A stretch of DNA of 63,676 nt from Candidatus Kaiserbacteria bacterium GW2011_GWA2_52_12 (lineage in GTDB: Bacteria > Patescibacteriota > Minisyncoccia > Phycocordibacterales > UBA2100). Positions within the stretch are counted from its first letter, which is position 1, and the number at the start of each line of letters is the position of its first letter. The notes beneath the pieces are model-generated. The model did no database searches and was not told the origin of the DNA. It saw nothing but the letters and a program-made list of their open reading frames with translations. The stretch covers positions 1-63,676 of the forward strand of contig LCQW01000001.1 of NCBI GenBank assembly GCA_001004345.1, given 5' to 3'. Below, piece after piece: positions 54,941-63,676 of this stretch. A program made the position numbers and the translations under genes.

Positions 54941-55858
54941 GTGGCCATGTTGAAGGCGGTGCTTTTGCAGCTTGCCAAAAGCAGGCGTTTTGCGCGCTTT
55001 GTCACAGGAAATTCTTTTGCGCGCCGCTGCGCGCGCCGGTTCATCGCCGGAGACATGCTGCACGAGGCGGTTGCCGTCGTGCGGGAGCTCAATAGTGAGG
55101 GAATTTCCGCGACGATAGATTTTCTCGGAGAACACGTGACATCTGCGGACGGGGCGCAAAGGGTCTCGTACGTGTGCCTCGACCTCGTGGAAGCGATCGC
55201 AAATGAAAAGCTCGATGCGAATGTGTCCGTCAAACTTTCGCAGCTTGGTCTCGATGTTGACCCGAAGCTATGCGAGGGGCTCCTCAAAAATATCGTTACA
55301 CGCGCCGAGCTGCGTAATTCGTTCGTACGGGTTGATATGGAAGGTTCGGCGTATGCGGAACAAACTATCAACATAGTAGAGCGGGTCCGTGAACATTCCC
55401 ATGCGGTGGGCCCTGTCATTCAGGCGTATCTGTATCGCAGTGAATTGAACGTCGTCAAATTGCTGCACTCTCGCTGCCCTATGCGACTATGTAAGGGCGC
55501 ATACAAGGAACCGTCGCGCATCGCCTACCAGCGGAAAAAAGAAGTAGATGCGAATTTCGTGCATCTCATGCAGATATTGCTCAAAAGCGGCATATATCAT
55601 GGCATCGCGACGCACGACAAGAAGATAATCGACCAGTGCATTGAGTTCTCACAGATGTGGTGCATTTCCAAAAAAGAATTTGAATTCCAGATGCTGTATG
55701 GTATCCGGCGCGATCTCCAAAAAGACCTCGTTCGCAGAGGATACAAGGTGCGCGTGTACGTACCGTTCGGCAACCAATGGTTCCCGTACTTCATGCGCCG
55801 CCTTGCGGAGCGGCCGGCCAATCTATGGTTCTTTCTGCGCAGTGCGCTGCGCGCATGA
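54941..55858 (+). CDS. Proline dehydrogenase (monofunctional)
   Basis: RFIAG, DFLGE, RVDME, RLCKGAY, ATHD, FQMLYG, YFMRRLAERPAN. Confidence 0.93.
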   Translation: MAMLKAVLLQLAKSRRFARFVTGNSFARRCARRFIAGDMLHEAVAVVRELNSEGISATIDFLGEHVTSADGAQRVSYVCLDLVEAIANEKLDANVSVKLSQLGLDVDPKLCEGLLKNIVTRAELRNSFVRVDMEGSAYAEQTINIVERVREHSHAVGPVIQAYLYRSELNVVKLLHSRCPMRLCKGAYKEPSRIAYQRKKEVDANFVHLMQILLKSGIYHGIATHDKKIIDQCIEFSQMWCISKKEFEFQMLYGIRRDLQKDLVRRGYKVRVYVPFGNQWFPYFMRRLAERPANLWFFLRSALRA

Positions 55859-55964
55859 CACTAAAACCCGCTTCTTTATCGAAGCGGGTTTAACTTTGGT
55901 ATTACAAGTGTGCATTGTCGGTTGTCGGTTTTGCGCGAGTCGGTGCCCGTGCGACAATGCATGC

Positions 55965-57392
55965 ATGCGTGTACTCGGAACGATTGGCGTCGTTGTTTTG
56001 TTCGGGTTTTCTTTTTCGCTTCCTTTTTCGGCGGGAGCAGTCACTGTCGATGAACTGACCGCGCAGGTCAACGCGCTTCTTCAACAGGTGCAATCGTTGC
56101 AATCACAGGTTGGCGGCACAACGTCTACGACCGCAACCGCATCCAATAGCTCGGCGTTTTGTCCGGGTATCGGCAGAAGCTTGAAATCCGGCTCTACCGG
56201 CGACGACGTCACGCGTCTGCAGCAATTTCTTGCGCAAGACTCCGCGATATATCCGGAAGCGAAGGCGACCAGCTACTACGGCGCTCTTACAGAAGCTGCA
56301 GTGAAGCGTTGGCAGACAAAATTTCATATCGTGTCTTCGGGAACGCCGGCAACGACCGGCTATGGCCTCGTCGGTCCGCGCACGGCTGCAGCGATAGCGA
56401 TAGTATGCGGCGGTGGTTCATATAATGGCATCACGAGTGCCGGTACCACAGGCACAGGAATCACGAATTCACCCGTGGGGGGATTTATCAAGGTGACGCC
56501 GATTCAGGGGGCCGCTCCGCTTACAGTGAGTATTGAAGCGACCATAAATACGACACAATCATGCTCTGCCGCCACGTACATTCTCGATTTTGGGGATCAA
56601 TCGACGCCACAGATCCTGCCGGTCTCGGCCGGGATATGTGCTCAACTGGTGAACATGCTGACGCACACCTACATATCCGAAGGAACATTCACCATCACCC
56701 TTTCGGCGGGAGGACACAAAACGACCGCGTCGGTGCAGGTGGGCGGCACGTCGACGCAGACACAATCTGGGGCGGCGAGCGTTTCAATAACCGACAACGC
56801 GTTCACGCCGAAAGTTCTGACCGTGCAGCCGGGAACAAAGGTCACCTGGACGAATGCGGGAACGATGTCGCACAGCGTGACGGCCGACAACGATAGTTTT
56901 TACAGTGCGACGCTGCAGCACGGACAAACATACTCGCAAACATTTACAGTGGCCGGAACGTACCCATACTACTGCGCATTCCACGGAGGGGTTGGTGGCA
57001 TCGGCATGTCAGGTTCCATTGTCGTTACATCGAGTGCAAATACGAACACGAACACCACGAACACTACGACCAATACCGCAACGACATCGGCGAATACGTA
57101 TTACGGTACGACCGTCGCTTCTACTCCCGAGACGGTTTCGTATGGAAAGCTTGCCGTGACGCCCGGCATCAGCGGCAATGCGCTCATGGTGCAAGTGCAA
57201 TTCGATCTGCCCGGATGTCCCTCGTTCGCGCTCGATTGGGGCGATGATTCTTCTCCCGTGACATCGGGTGCGACACAATGCAGTCAAAATATGGTGCTCA
57301 ATCACACCTACGTGGATAGCGGCTCATACACGATCGAATTGGATCGCGGGGCGCGTATCGACCGCGCATCGGTCGTCTTGTGGGGCAACTGA
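55965..57392 (+). CDS. Secreted peptidoglycan-binding + PKD + cupredoxin-domain protein
   Basis: GSTGDDVTRLQQFL, LDFGD, HSVT..YYCAFH..GM.G, LDWGD. Confidence 0.8.
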   Translation: MRVLGTIGVVVLFGFSFSLPFSAGAVTVDELTAQVNALLQQVQSLQSQVGGTTSTTATASNSSAFCPGIGRSLKSGSTGDDVTRLQQFLAQDSAIYPEAKATSYYGALTEAAVKRWQTKFHIVSSGTPATTGYGLVGPRTAAAIAIVCGGGSYNGITSAGTTGTGITNSPVGGFIKVTPIQGAAPLTVSIEATINTTQSCSAATYILDFGDQSTPQILPVSAGICAQLVNMLTHTYISEGTFTITLSAGGHKTTASVQVGGTSTQTQSGAASVSITDNAFTPKVLTVQPGTKVTWTNAGTMSHSVTADNDSFYSATLQHGQTYSQTFTVAGTYPYYCAFHGGVGGIGMSGSIVVTSSANTNTNTTNTTTNTATTSANTYYGTTVASTPETVSYGKLAVTPGISGNALMVQVQFDLPGCPSFALDWGDDSSPVTSGATQCSQNMVLNHTYVDSGSYTIELDRGARIDRASVVLWGN

Positions 57393-57459
57393 TACGCGCT
57401 ACCGCACGTATCCCCACAAAGGTAAGGGGGTGATGCGGTAATCGTCTATACTTACACCT

Positions 57460-57561
57460 ATGAAAAAGCTACTCGTCGGCTTGACGGCTGCCGCTGTTTT
57501 TGCGCCGCTCTTTACCAGCGCTCTTACCGCCAACGATATCCAACAGCAGATCGCAAGTCTT
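57460..57561 (+). pseudogene. 5' fragment of a secreted protein truncated by the IS
   Basis: MKKLLVGLTAAAVFAPLFTSALTANDIQQQIASL stops at the IS end. Confidence 0.75.
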
Positions 57562-59154
57562 CCTGACTTGTATTTTTTAGTGCGACAGGCCCAGTTTGTC
57601 CACGATGTCGGTGATCTCGGAAAGCAGCGGCGAGCGTAGCGTCTCCGTCTCGCGCGTGACGCGGTGGACAAAAGAAACATCGGTGACTTTCATGAGCGCA
57701 TCGGTGATCCGTCTGATTGAAAGCCCTGTCTTGATCTCCATGTACTTGGATACCGCAAGCGCCATGAAGCACATGAGCACATGCACCCGGATGGGATCCT
57801 CCTTGAAGTGAAAGATGGGCCGCGTGGCCAGATCACCCTTCTCGACACGGAATGCTTGTTCGATGCGCCACAGGTCGCGGTACCTCTCGACTATCATCAG
57901 GTCGCTCCAGTCGCTCCCGAGGTCCGTGTAGTACCCTTTGATACCAAGGCGAAGCTTCGTCTTCAGAAGCAGTTCCTCGTTGAGCGCGTATGAGGCTCCC
58001 TCCGCCTTCAGAAACTTTGCACGCTTCACCTTCCCGGGCGTCTGCACCAGTGTCTTCGCGCGCGCGAGTTGCTTTTCCATTTCTTGTTTGTCGTGGGCAT
58101 AGCGTTTCGCCGAGAAGTGGCACACCATGGTGCCGAGTTTCGTGACAGTGCGCACTGTCGCGCCATCGCGCTTCCCGAGCTCCTCGCTGATGCTAGCAAG
58201 GTCGAGGGTTCCCATTCTCGCGCCCACGATGTAGCGGAGGTTGTGTTTCTTCAGTTCTTCGATGTTGGCGGCGCTGATCATCGCGGCATCGGCAACGACG
58301 GTCAACGTCCCGATGCCGTGCTTCTTTTGGAGCGCCTGTATGACCGGAATCATCGTGTGACCCTCGAAGGTGTTCCCCGGGAAGATATCGTACGATACGG
58401 GAAACCCTTCCTTCGTCACCACAATCGCAAGCATGATTTGTGGCTGCTGCGACTTGTTGTCCTTGGAAAATCCCGGCTTGCGCAACGTGTCTGATTTGAA
58501 TGTCTCGAAATAGAGCGTGGTGACATCGTAGAAGACGACGGAGAAATCGAAGGCGAACGCATCCTTCGCGACGGCGACTGCACAGCGCTCAGCCGCGTCT
58601 TTCTGCGAAAGGTACTTCTTGAGCGATTGGTAAAAGAGAACGCGGCGATGGGTGATGCCGAAATACTGTTCGATGAGCGCTATAGACCGGAGCTTGGACG
58701 CAGGCTCGATGACGCGCATGATGACGAGGTCATGGAGGAGCGTGTTGCCGAGCGCCGCGAATCCGAAGCGTACGAGGAGCCCGTGGAGACATTCGCGGGC
58801 GAACGGGTGCATTGTGCCGACATAGTCGTACGCATCGAACGGCGAGTGTCGCATATCCCTCGGAAACAATACCGGCTGTCGCGTCTCGCCCGCCATCCAT
58901 TTCTGTGCGCTCTCGATGAGCGTCTTCTTTTCTTCAGGAGAATGAGCGGACCCCACGTGCAATCGAACTTTTACTTTGCGCTTCACGTATTCGACCACCT
59001 GTATGGCTGTCGCACCGGAAGCAGTAGTGACCGATCGAATGTGGAGCATACGGGGGTTAACCCCGTTAGTATGGCAGACACTATGAAAAACGAAAAAATA
59101 CAGCGCTATTGAGCCACTGATTTTTTCAAGATGGGGATTAAATACAAGTCAGGA
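57561..59154 (-). mobile_element. IS1634-family insertion sequence
   Basis: 15-bp perfect IRs TCCTGACTTGTATTT (57561-57575) / AAATACAAGTCAGGA (59140-59154); ends uncertain by 1 nt. Confidence 0.9.
57577..59049 (-). CDS. IS1634-family DDE transposase
   Basis: FYDVTTLYFE, GFSKD, VVADAAM, YRDLWRIEQAFR. Confidence 0.92.
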   Translation of the reverse strand: MLHIRSVTTASGATAIQVVEYVKRKVKVRLHVGSAHSPEEKKTLIESAQKWMAGETRQPVLFPRDMRHSPFDAYDYVGTMHPFARECLHGLLVRFGFAALGNTLLHDLVIMRVIEPASKLRSIALIEQYFGITHRRVLFYQSLKKYLSQKDAAERCAVAVAKDAFAFDFSVVFYDVTTLYFETFKSDTLRKPGFSKDNKSQQPQIMLAIVVTKEGFPVSYDIFPGNTFEGHTMIPVIQALQKKHGIGTLTVVADAAMISAANIEELKKHNLRYIVGARMGTLDLASISEELGKRDGATVRTVTKLGTMVCHFSAKRYAHDKQEMEKQLARAKTLVQTPGKVKRAKFLKAEGASYALNEELLLKTKLRLGIKGYYTDLGSDWSDLMIVERYRDLWRIEQAFRVEKGDLATRPIFHFKEDPIRVHVLMCFMALAVSKYMEIKTGLSIRRITDALMKVTDVSFVHRVTRETETLRSPLLSEITDIVDKLGLSH

Positions 59155-59157
59155 CTC

Positions 59158-59228
59158 GCGGATATGGTTTAGTGGTAGAACGCGTCCTTGCCAAGGACGA
59201 GGTCGGGGTTCGATTCCCCGTATCCGCA
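59158..59228 (+). tRNA. tRNA-Gly(GCC)
   Basis: GCGGATA/TATCCGC acceptor stem; CGTCC-TTGCCAA-GGACG; TTCGATT. Confidence 0.95.
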
Positions 59229-60086
59229 CACAGATGAAACAGGGGGTCTTCTCGGGTGGCACAGGGGCGAAAGTTGCCATACGGCGAACAGGACAAGAAG
59301 CGGTAGAGCAATGGCAACTCCCACGAGGATATACGAGCGCATGTCAATTTTGAACGGTGGCAGTGCAAGTATGGCAGCAGCCACGACGAGTAAATAGATG
59401 GCCAAAAGGACAGTCCACAAACGCGAAGCAGCTCCCGATATGGCGCATGTCGTGTTCAGGATGTTTTGCACCCGTGTCGTTAGTGCTGTTGTGGCTCCGG
59501 TAGCATTCGCGCCCGCGCTTTCTTTACCTTGCGGTGCCGGAACAGCAGACTCTTGCTCTTGTTGCCAATTGTAATTTACAGCTGCGGTACCTATTGTAGA
59601 AACCTCTTTTTCCTCACCCGGCAGCGTGATCGTCACTGACGAGGTGCATACCGGCTCCCCCACGCCCTTTGACGAAAGCATAGTGAGCTTGATGGTCACA
59701 CCGCTTCCAATAGACGTCGACTGTACATCGACGTGCATACGGACGCCACCGGTCGCATCGGCGAACCGTGTGACGAAATGGAGCGGGATATTTGCTCCAT
59801 TGAGCGAACCGGCGATGATCACATAGGAGCTATCAGAGACGATAACATCGAACGAGTTGAGCTCCCCATCGTAAATGTAGGGCATGAATGAAGTCACCTG
59901 CAGTGCATCACAAGATGACGGAACGATCGCGGAATTGGACGCGGGCAACATTTGCGCATTCTGCGCGGAAATTTCCGCCGCCGATGCGTTGGTTGGAAGC
60001 AGTAACGCAGCGAACAATATAAAACCCAATGCGAGAGATCTGATCATCACACGCAAATCCAAGTCGATGATCGATGCACGGCTCAT
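59169..60086 (-). CDS. Hypothetical exported protein with C-terminal TMs
   Basis: Signal peptide and two C-terminal hydrophobic helices; 3' end overlaps tRNA-Gly antisense. Confidence 0.65.
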   Translation of the reverse strand: MSRASIIDLDLRVMIRSLALGFILFAALLLPTNASAAEISAQNAQMLPASNSAIVPSSCDALQVTSFMPYIYDGELNSFDVIVSDSSYVIIAGSLNGANIPLHFVTRFADATGGVRMHVDVQSTSIGSGVTIKLTMLSSKGVGEPVCTSSVTITLPGEEKEVSTIGTAAVNYNWQQEQESAVPAPQGKESAGANATGATTALTTRVQNILNTTCAISGAASRLWTVLLAIYLLVVAAAILALPPFKIDMRSYILVGVAIALPLLVLFAVWQLSPLCHPRRPPVSSVCGYGESNPDLVLGKDAFYH

Positions 60087-60498
60087 AGAATAGTGGCAAC
60101 GTAGTACCCTTCAGCCACTTGCGTCAAGCGCAAAAGAATTGTCAAATTGTGTGTTAATTTTTTTCCGGAAAAAGGCAACGTTCCCCAACATAATTTCATG
60201 ACAAAAAAATGATACAAAAGACGATTGCCATAAGTTAAAGCACGACACACGACAACCGCGTAAATAATCGGAACGAATTATGTATGTGCGAACTCTTGCC
60301 CCCCGTTGTGCAAAGCGTGTAGAAAGCTTTGATCAAAATAAGGAACCAGATCGAGGAACATAGCACTGAACCCCGCCGGTTCTCTTGCAATATTTTTTAT
60401 GAGAAAAGATACGGTTACACGTAAACCGCTGCCTTTACAATGAAGAATGCCCTCGCATGAAACGAAAATTATATAATCTGGGGAAAACTCTGTGGAAA

Positions 60499-60507
60499 TG
60501 TGGATAA
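60499..60507 (-). promoter_or_regulatory. Consensus DnaA box in an AT-rich gap
   Basis: TGTGGATAA (reverse complement of TTATCCACA), with degenerate neighbours. Confidence 0.4.
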
Positions 60508-60627
60508 CGGACATAATGGTCTCCTTGTCCATGTCTCTAATTTGAATTAATGGCTAAGAACATGGTTATTTGAAGTTTTATTAGACGTAAAAGACATACA
60601 TAACGTTACTTCGAAACGTATTTCGAT

Positions 60628-60948
60628 GTTTTCACGTGAACCATAGCACCAAACAACTTAACTATATTTTAAGCCACAAAAGTTGCTTCTACACAGCGAA
60701 TAGCTTTCGGTTGAATTCCGCTTATAATGCTACCCGTGATAAATGACCATCAAAGAAAAGAGATCGGCCGGATCGGTGAGGAAATAGCCTCAAAGTTCCT
60801 TGAGAGGAAGGGATTTGTAATCATAGAGAGGAACTTCAGGAAACCGTGGGGAGAGATAGATATTATCGCCGAAAAAGATCGCATCGTTCGTTTTGTAGAG
60901 GTAAAGACAGTTTCACGTGAAAGCTCGTCAGACTTTTCACGTGAAATG
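60628..60948. repeat. Three parS-like palindromes (TTTCACGTGAA core)
   Basis: 60628-60643, 60909-60924, 60933-60948; 12-13/16 match to TGTTTCACGTGAAACA. Confidence 0.55.
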
Positions 60949-61137
60949 GACTATAGACCGGAAGAGATGGTCACTAATTCCAAATTGCGCAAATTGGCTC
61001 GGACGGCCGCACTATATATGGAGCAAAAGAAGGACAAAAAGGAATATCAGATAGATGTGGTCGGTGTTATTCTTGATAAGATAAGGAGAACCGCACGGTG
61101 TCGTCTCTTTGAACAAGCAATGGAAGGCAATTTGTAA
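60736..61137 (+). CDS. yraN: YraN (UPF0102) family endonuclease-like protein
   Basis: GEEIASKFL..KG, ERNFR..WGEIDII, FVEVK. Confidence 0.9.
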   Translation: MINDHQRKEIGRIGEEIASKFLERKGFVIIERNFRKPWGEIDIIAEKDRIVRFVEVKTVSRESSSDFSREMDYRPEEMVTNSKLRKLARTAALYMEQKKDKKEYQIDVVGVILDKIRRTARCRLFEQAMEGNL

Positions 61138-61201
61138 CGGACATTCAATAGGACAAATTATATGTCCTTTATGAATCGTGCTAATATATTCGAACAGTTG
61201 A

Positions 61202-61272
61202 CGGGGTGTCGTATACCGGTAGTACGCTTGCTTTGGGAGCAAGTAGACCCAGTTCGATTCTGGGCACCCCGA
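61202..61272 (+). tRNA. tRNA-Pro(TGG)
   Basis: CGGGGTG/CACCCCG acceptor stem; CTTGC-TTTGGGA-GCAAG; TTCGATT. Confidence 0.93.
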
Positions 61273-61300
61273 CAAAGTGAATCTCCAGCAGTCTGGGAGA

Positions 61301-62482
61301 CTATCTCGAAAGTTGCCCAATGTATTTGGCGATGAGGATGGGGGCGATGTTTGTATTGAAATCCGATGCGATCGTGGCGATGTCACCAGCCAAAAGTTCC
61401 GATAGAGGATGGCCGGTTTGTTTGGTGAAATCACGGTTGATGTAGCCGAGGGTAAGTGCGTGTAAGTCTCGTTGCCCTGTCGTTTGCCCTTCGCTGGTCG
61501 TGACGATAATGCCAATAAGACGGCCCCAAGCATTTGCGACGGCACCACCCGACGAGCCGCTTTGCGCCTCGATGACACCTCCGAGAGATATGAGATCGAC
61601 GGAGTTGACATCAAAGGTCAGGAGCTGTTTTATTGTTGTTCCGGAAGAAGCGGCATATACATTATCTTGCGTGCTAACAGAGAATTCAGCCGGATAACTT
61701 GCCGCTAAGACAGAATCTCCTTCGAATCCTATTGCTTCCCGTATATCTGTGAGGAGATAGGGGAGTGGTGCCGAAAGAGGAGTCCCGTCAAGAGAGCTGA
61801 CTATGCGCAATAGTGCATAATCGTGCTCGCCGGTACCGAGAGCGTGTTGTGATCTGATCTCCGCCACGTGAGCATCGACCCAGACGGGTGGAATATATAG
61901 TGTTTCAGCCTTAAATCTGACAATCGCGGGAGAGCCCATCCGAATCATGCAGGAGAGATTAACGTCAGAACTTTGTGAGAGAAGAACATATTGCGCAACG
62001 TGTGCATTGGTGAGAATGACTCCTCGCGGGTCGATGATAATGCCGCTTCCGGTAATGGAGCGCATGTCCCCGCTCCCCGCGATGCATAAAATATTAACGA
62101 GTGCCGCACGCGTCATTTCATTGACGGCGGAGAATTCAAAAGGGGAAAACGAATACGGATTTTGTATACGTGAAGCCTGATTTGTTGCAGCCTGCTCTGC
62201 GACGGGGACACTTGAAGGACGAGGAGCGGAGCGTGCCACCGGCGCTTTTTTAGCCGGAGGTTTTTTGGCAGGCGTACTCGAAGTGGCTGCCGTTGTGGTC
62301 GCAATGGGAGCAATCAGGGAGGATGTCGCCGCTCGTGTTATCTCAACCCCCGCAGTTTGGTCGATCTGATTCGTGGCCACTGGCACCGTAGCATATATTT
62401 CCGGACGGGCAGAGATAAAAAGGATGCCCCCGAGAAACACGAGTGCGGCGATATGTAAGAGTATCGCTTGAGAGCGGGACAT
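61301..62482 (-). CDS. Membrane-anchored trypsin-like serine protease
   Basis: ILTNAHV, DYALL, GSSGG catalytic triad motifs. Confidence 0.88.
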   Translation of the reverse strand: MSRSQAILLHIAALVFLGGILFISARPEIYATVPVATNQIDQTAGVEITRAATSSLIAPIATTTAATSSTPAKKPPAKKAPVARSAPRPSSVPVAEQAATNQASRIQNPYSFSPFEFSAVNEMTRAALVNILCIAGSGDMRSITGSGIIIDPRGVILTNAHVAQYVLLSQSSDVNLSCMIRMGSPAIVRFKAETLYIPPVWVDAHVAEIRSQHALGTGEHDYALLRIVSSLDGTPLSAPLPYLLTDIREAIGFEGDSVLAASYPAEFSVSTQDNVYAASSGTTIKQLLTFDVNSVDLISLGGVIEAQSGSSGGAVANAWGRLIGIIVTTSEGQTTGQRDLHALTLGYINRDFTKQTGHPLSELLAGDIATIASDFNTNIAPILIAKYIGQLSR

Positions 62483-62610
62483 TGAACGTACGGTACCGCA
62501 TCAGTCGCGACGATACAATGCGTAGCGCGTGAAAACTTCATGTAGGCTTCATTGCGTGTCGTCAGTTTGGGACGTAGTATCGAAAGGGAAATTGGATAAG
62601 GAGAAATACC

Positions 62611-63474
62611 ATGCGAGTTCTAGCATCCCCTATGATCTGTGGCGCAATGCGCATTGAGGGGAAGTATGAGGGTCCGCGGATTGTTATATTCGCAGGAGAG
62701 CACGGCGATGAGCCGTGCGGGGCCTATGCTATCGAGAAGTTGTTCTATGATTTCTCGATGGGTGCGCGAGAGCTCTTGAAGGGCACACTCACACTCGTGC
62801 GGGCCAATGAGGTGGCGCTTGCCGAAAATAAGCGCTACGTCGTTCACAACCTCAACAGGCTCTACAAAGACACGAATGCAGAGTCGACTGACATGAGCTC
62901 ATACGAGTACCTGCGCGCGCAGGAATTAAAACCCCTGCTTCGCGAATGTAATTATTTTCTGACGCTTCACTCGGCGCCGATCGCAGACGAGCCGTTTCTT
63001 GTGGTTGAGGAGAGGCACGTGGAAGCATTTCGACCCATGGGAATTAGGAAGTTCGTCACGGGCTGGGGCGCTTTTGACGTTCTCGGCGGTGATTCGGAAG
63101 GGTATGCCAATACCTATGGCGCGGTTGCATGCACGTTGGAGGCGGGGAATCACACTGACATGACCGGTATCTCGGTAGCATACAGTGCGGTTCTCTCGAT
63201 GCTCACTCATTGGGGGATGATTGCGGACGAGCTTCCGCAGTCATCAGGCAGACCGGAGATTTTCAGAATTTACGAAGTAATCATCAAACGCGAACCGTTC
63301 AGTTGGATGGGGAGTGCACGGCGCAACTTCGATTTCATTCGACGCGGCGAGTTTGTGTGCATGAATGGCAAGGAATATCTTCAGACAGAGGAAGATGCCT
63401 ATCTTCTTATGCCGAGTCCGGCTGAAAAGCAGAGGGTGGGCGAGGAAATTGGATACCTTGCGCGTAAATTGTAA
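62611..63474 (+). CDS. Succinylglutamate desuccinylase/aspartoacylase (M14) family protein
   Basis: HGDE, NLNR, TLHS, LEAG. Confidence 0.85.
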   Translation: MRVLASPMICGAMRIEGKYEGPRIVIFAGEHGDEPCGAYAIEKLFYDFSMGARELLKGTLTLVRANEVALAENKRYVVHNLNRLYKDTNAESTDMSSYEYLRAQELKPLLRECNYFLTLHSAPIADEPFLVVEERHVEAFRPMGIRKFVTGWGAFDVLGGDSEGYANTYGAVACTLEAGNHTDMTGISVAYSAVLSMLTHWGMIADELPQSSGRPEIFRIYEVIIKREPFSWMGSARRNFDFIRRGEFVCMNGKEYLQTEEDAYLLMPSPAEKQRVGEEIGYLARKL

Positions 63475-63613
63475 TTCGTTCCATTGCTCCGGAGGTCGCT
63501 GAGGCTTCCGGAGCTTTTTCTGCGTCAAATTTTCGTGTACAGTTACTCAAAACCCACCATCGCGGATTCGTTCAACGGGCATTGCCCGCCGAAGCCCGCT
63601 GTGGCGGGCGAGG

Positions 63614-63676
63614 GCGGGATTAGTTTAATGGCAAAATAACAGTTTTCCAAACTGTGGTCGGGGGTCCGATTCCCCC
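63614..63676 (+). tRNA. tRNA-Gly(TCC), truncated by the window end
   Basis: GCGGGAT 5' acceptor strand; ACAGT-TTTCCAA-ACTGT; GGGGG-TCCGATT-CCCCC. Confidence 0.8.

Noticed and set aside
60278..60532. 84-aa ORF in the AT-rich gap
   Set aside because: No recognisable motif or initiation signal; the region looks regulatory.
1..63676. Genetic code 25 (UGA=Gly)
   Set aside because: Conserved genes such as ftsH and rplP end at TGA, and no ORFs are broken by TGA.

Overview
Chromosomal window from a Patescibacteria/CPR bacterium, most like Parcubacteria. This assignment is inferred from the missing rpmD/uL30 between rpsE and rplO, frequent leaderless genes, tRNAs without encoded CCA, and TGA used as a stop codon. 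The backbone is a fragmented S10-spc ribosomal cluster (rpsJ to secY-adk-map), plus infC-rpmI-rplT, smpB/tmRNA, ftsH, ndk, purD, five tRNAs (including tRNA-Ile UAU and a non-canonical tRNA-Cys) and a probable 6S RNA. An ~18.4 kb accessory island separates rpsJ from rplC. It holds a hydantoinase/oxoprolinase plus ABC-uptake module and the main finding: a candidate RiPP cluster. The cluster comprises a YcaO cyclodehydratase, a SagB-type dehydrogenase, two PaaK-like adenylating enzymes and a nearby PP-loop ATPase. It is transcribed divergently from a 92-aa precursor that has a membrane/signal segment, an AHA|D site and an Asp-Cys repeat core with 10 Cys, followed by TPR/membrane genes. Other notable signals: short nested palindromic elements inserted in frame into S10, S17, L15 and an MBL RNase; a PaaX/Cas2-like gene bracketed by two 34-bp palindromes; a REP-flanked toxin-antitoxin cassette; an IS1634 beside a truncated gene; a 25-aa tmRNA tag; and parS-like and DnaA-box motifs near yraN. 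All calls come from reading motifs by eye; no database searches were run.
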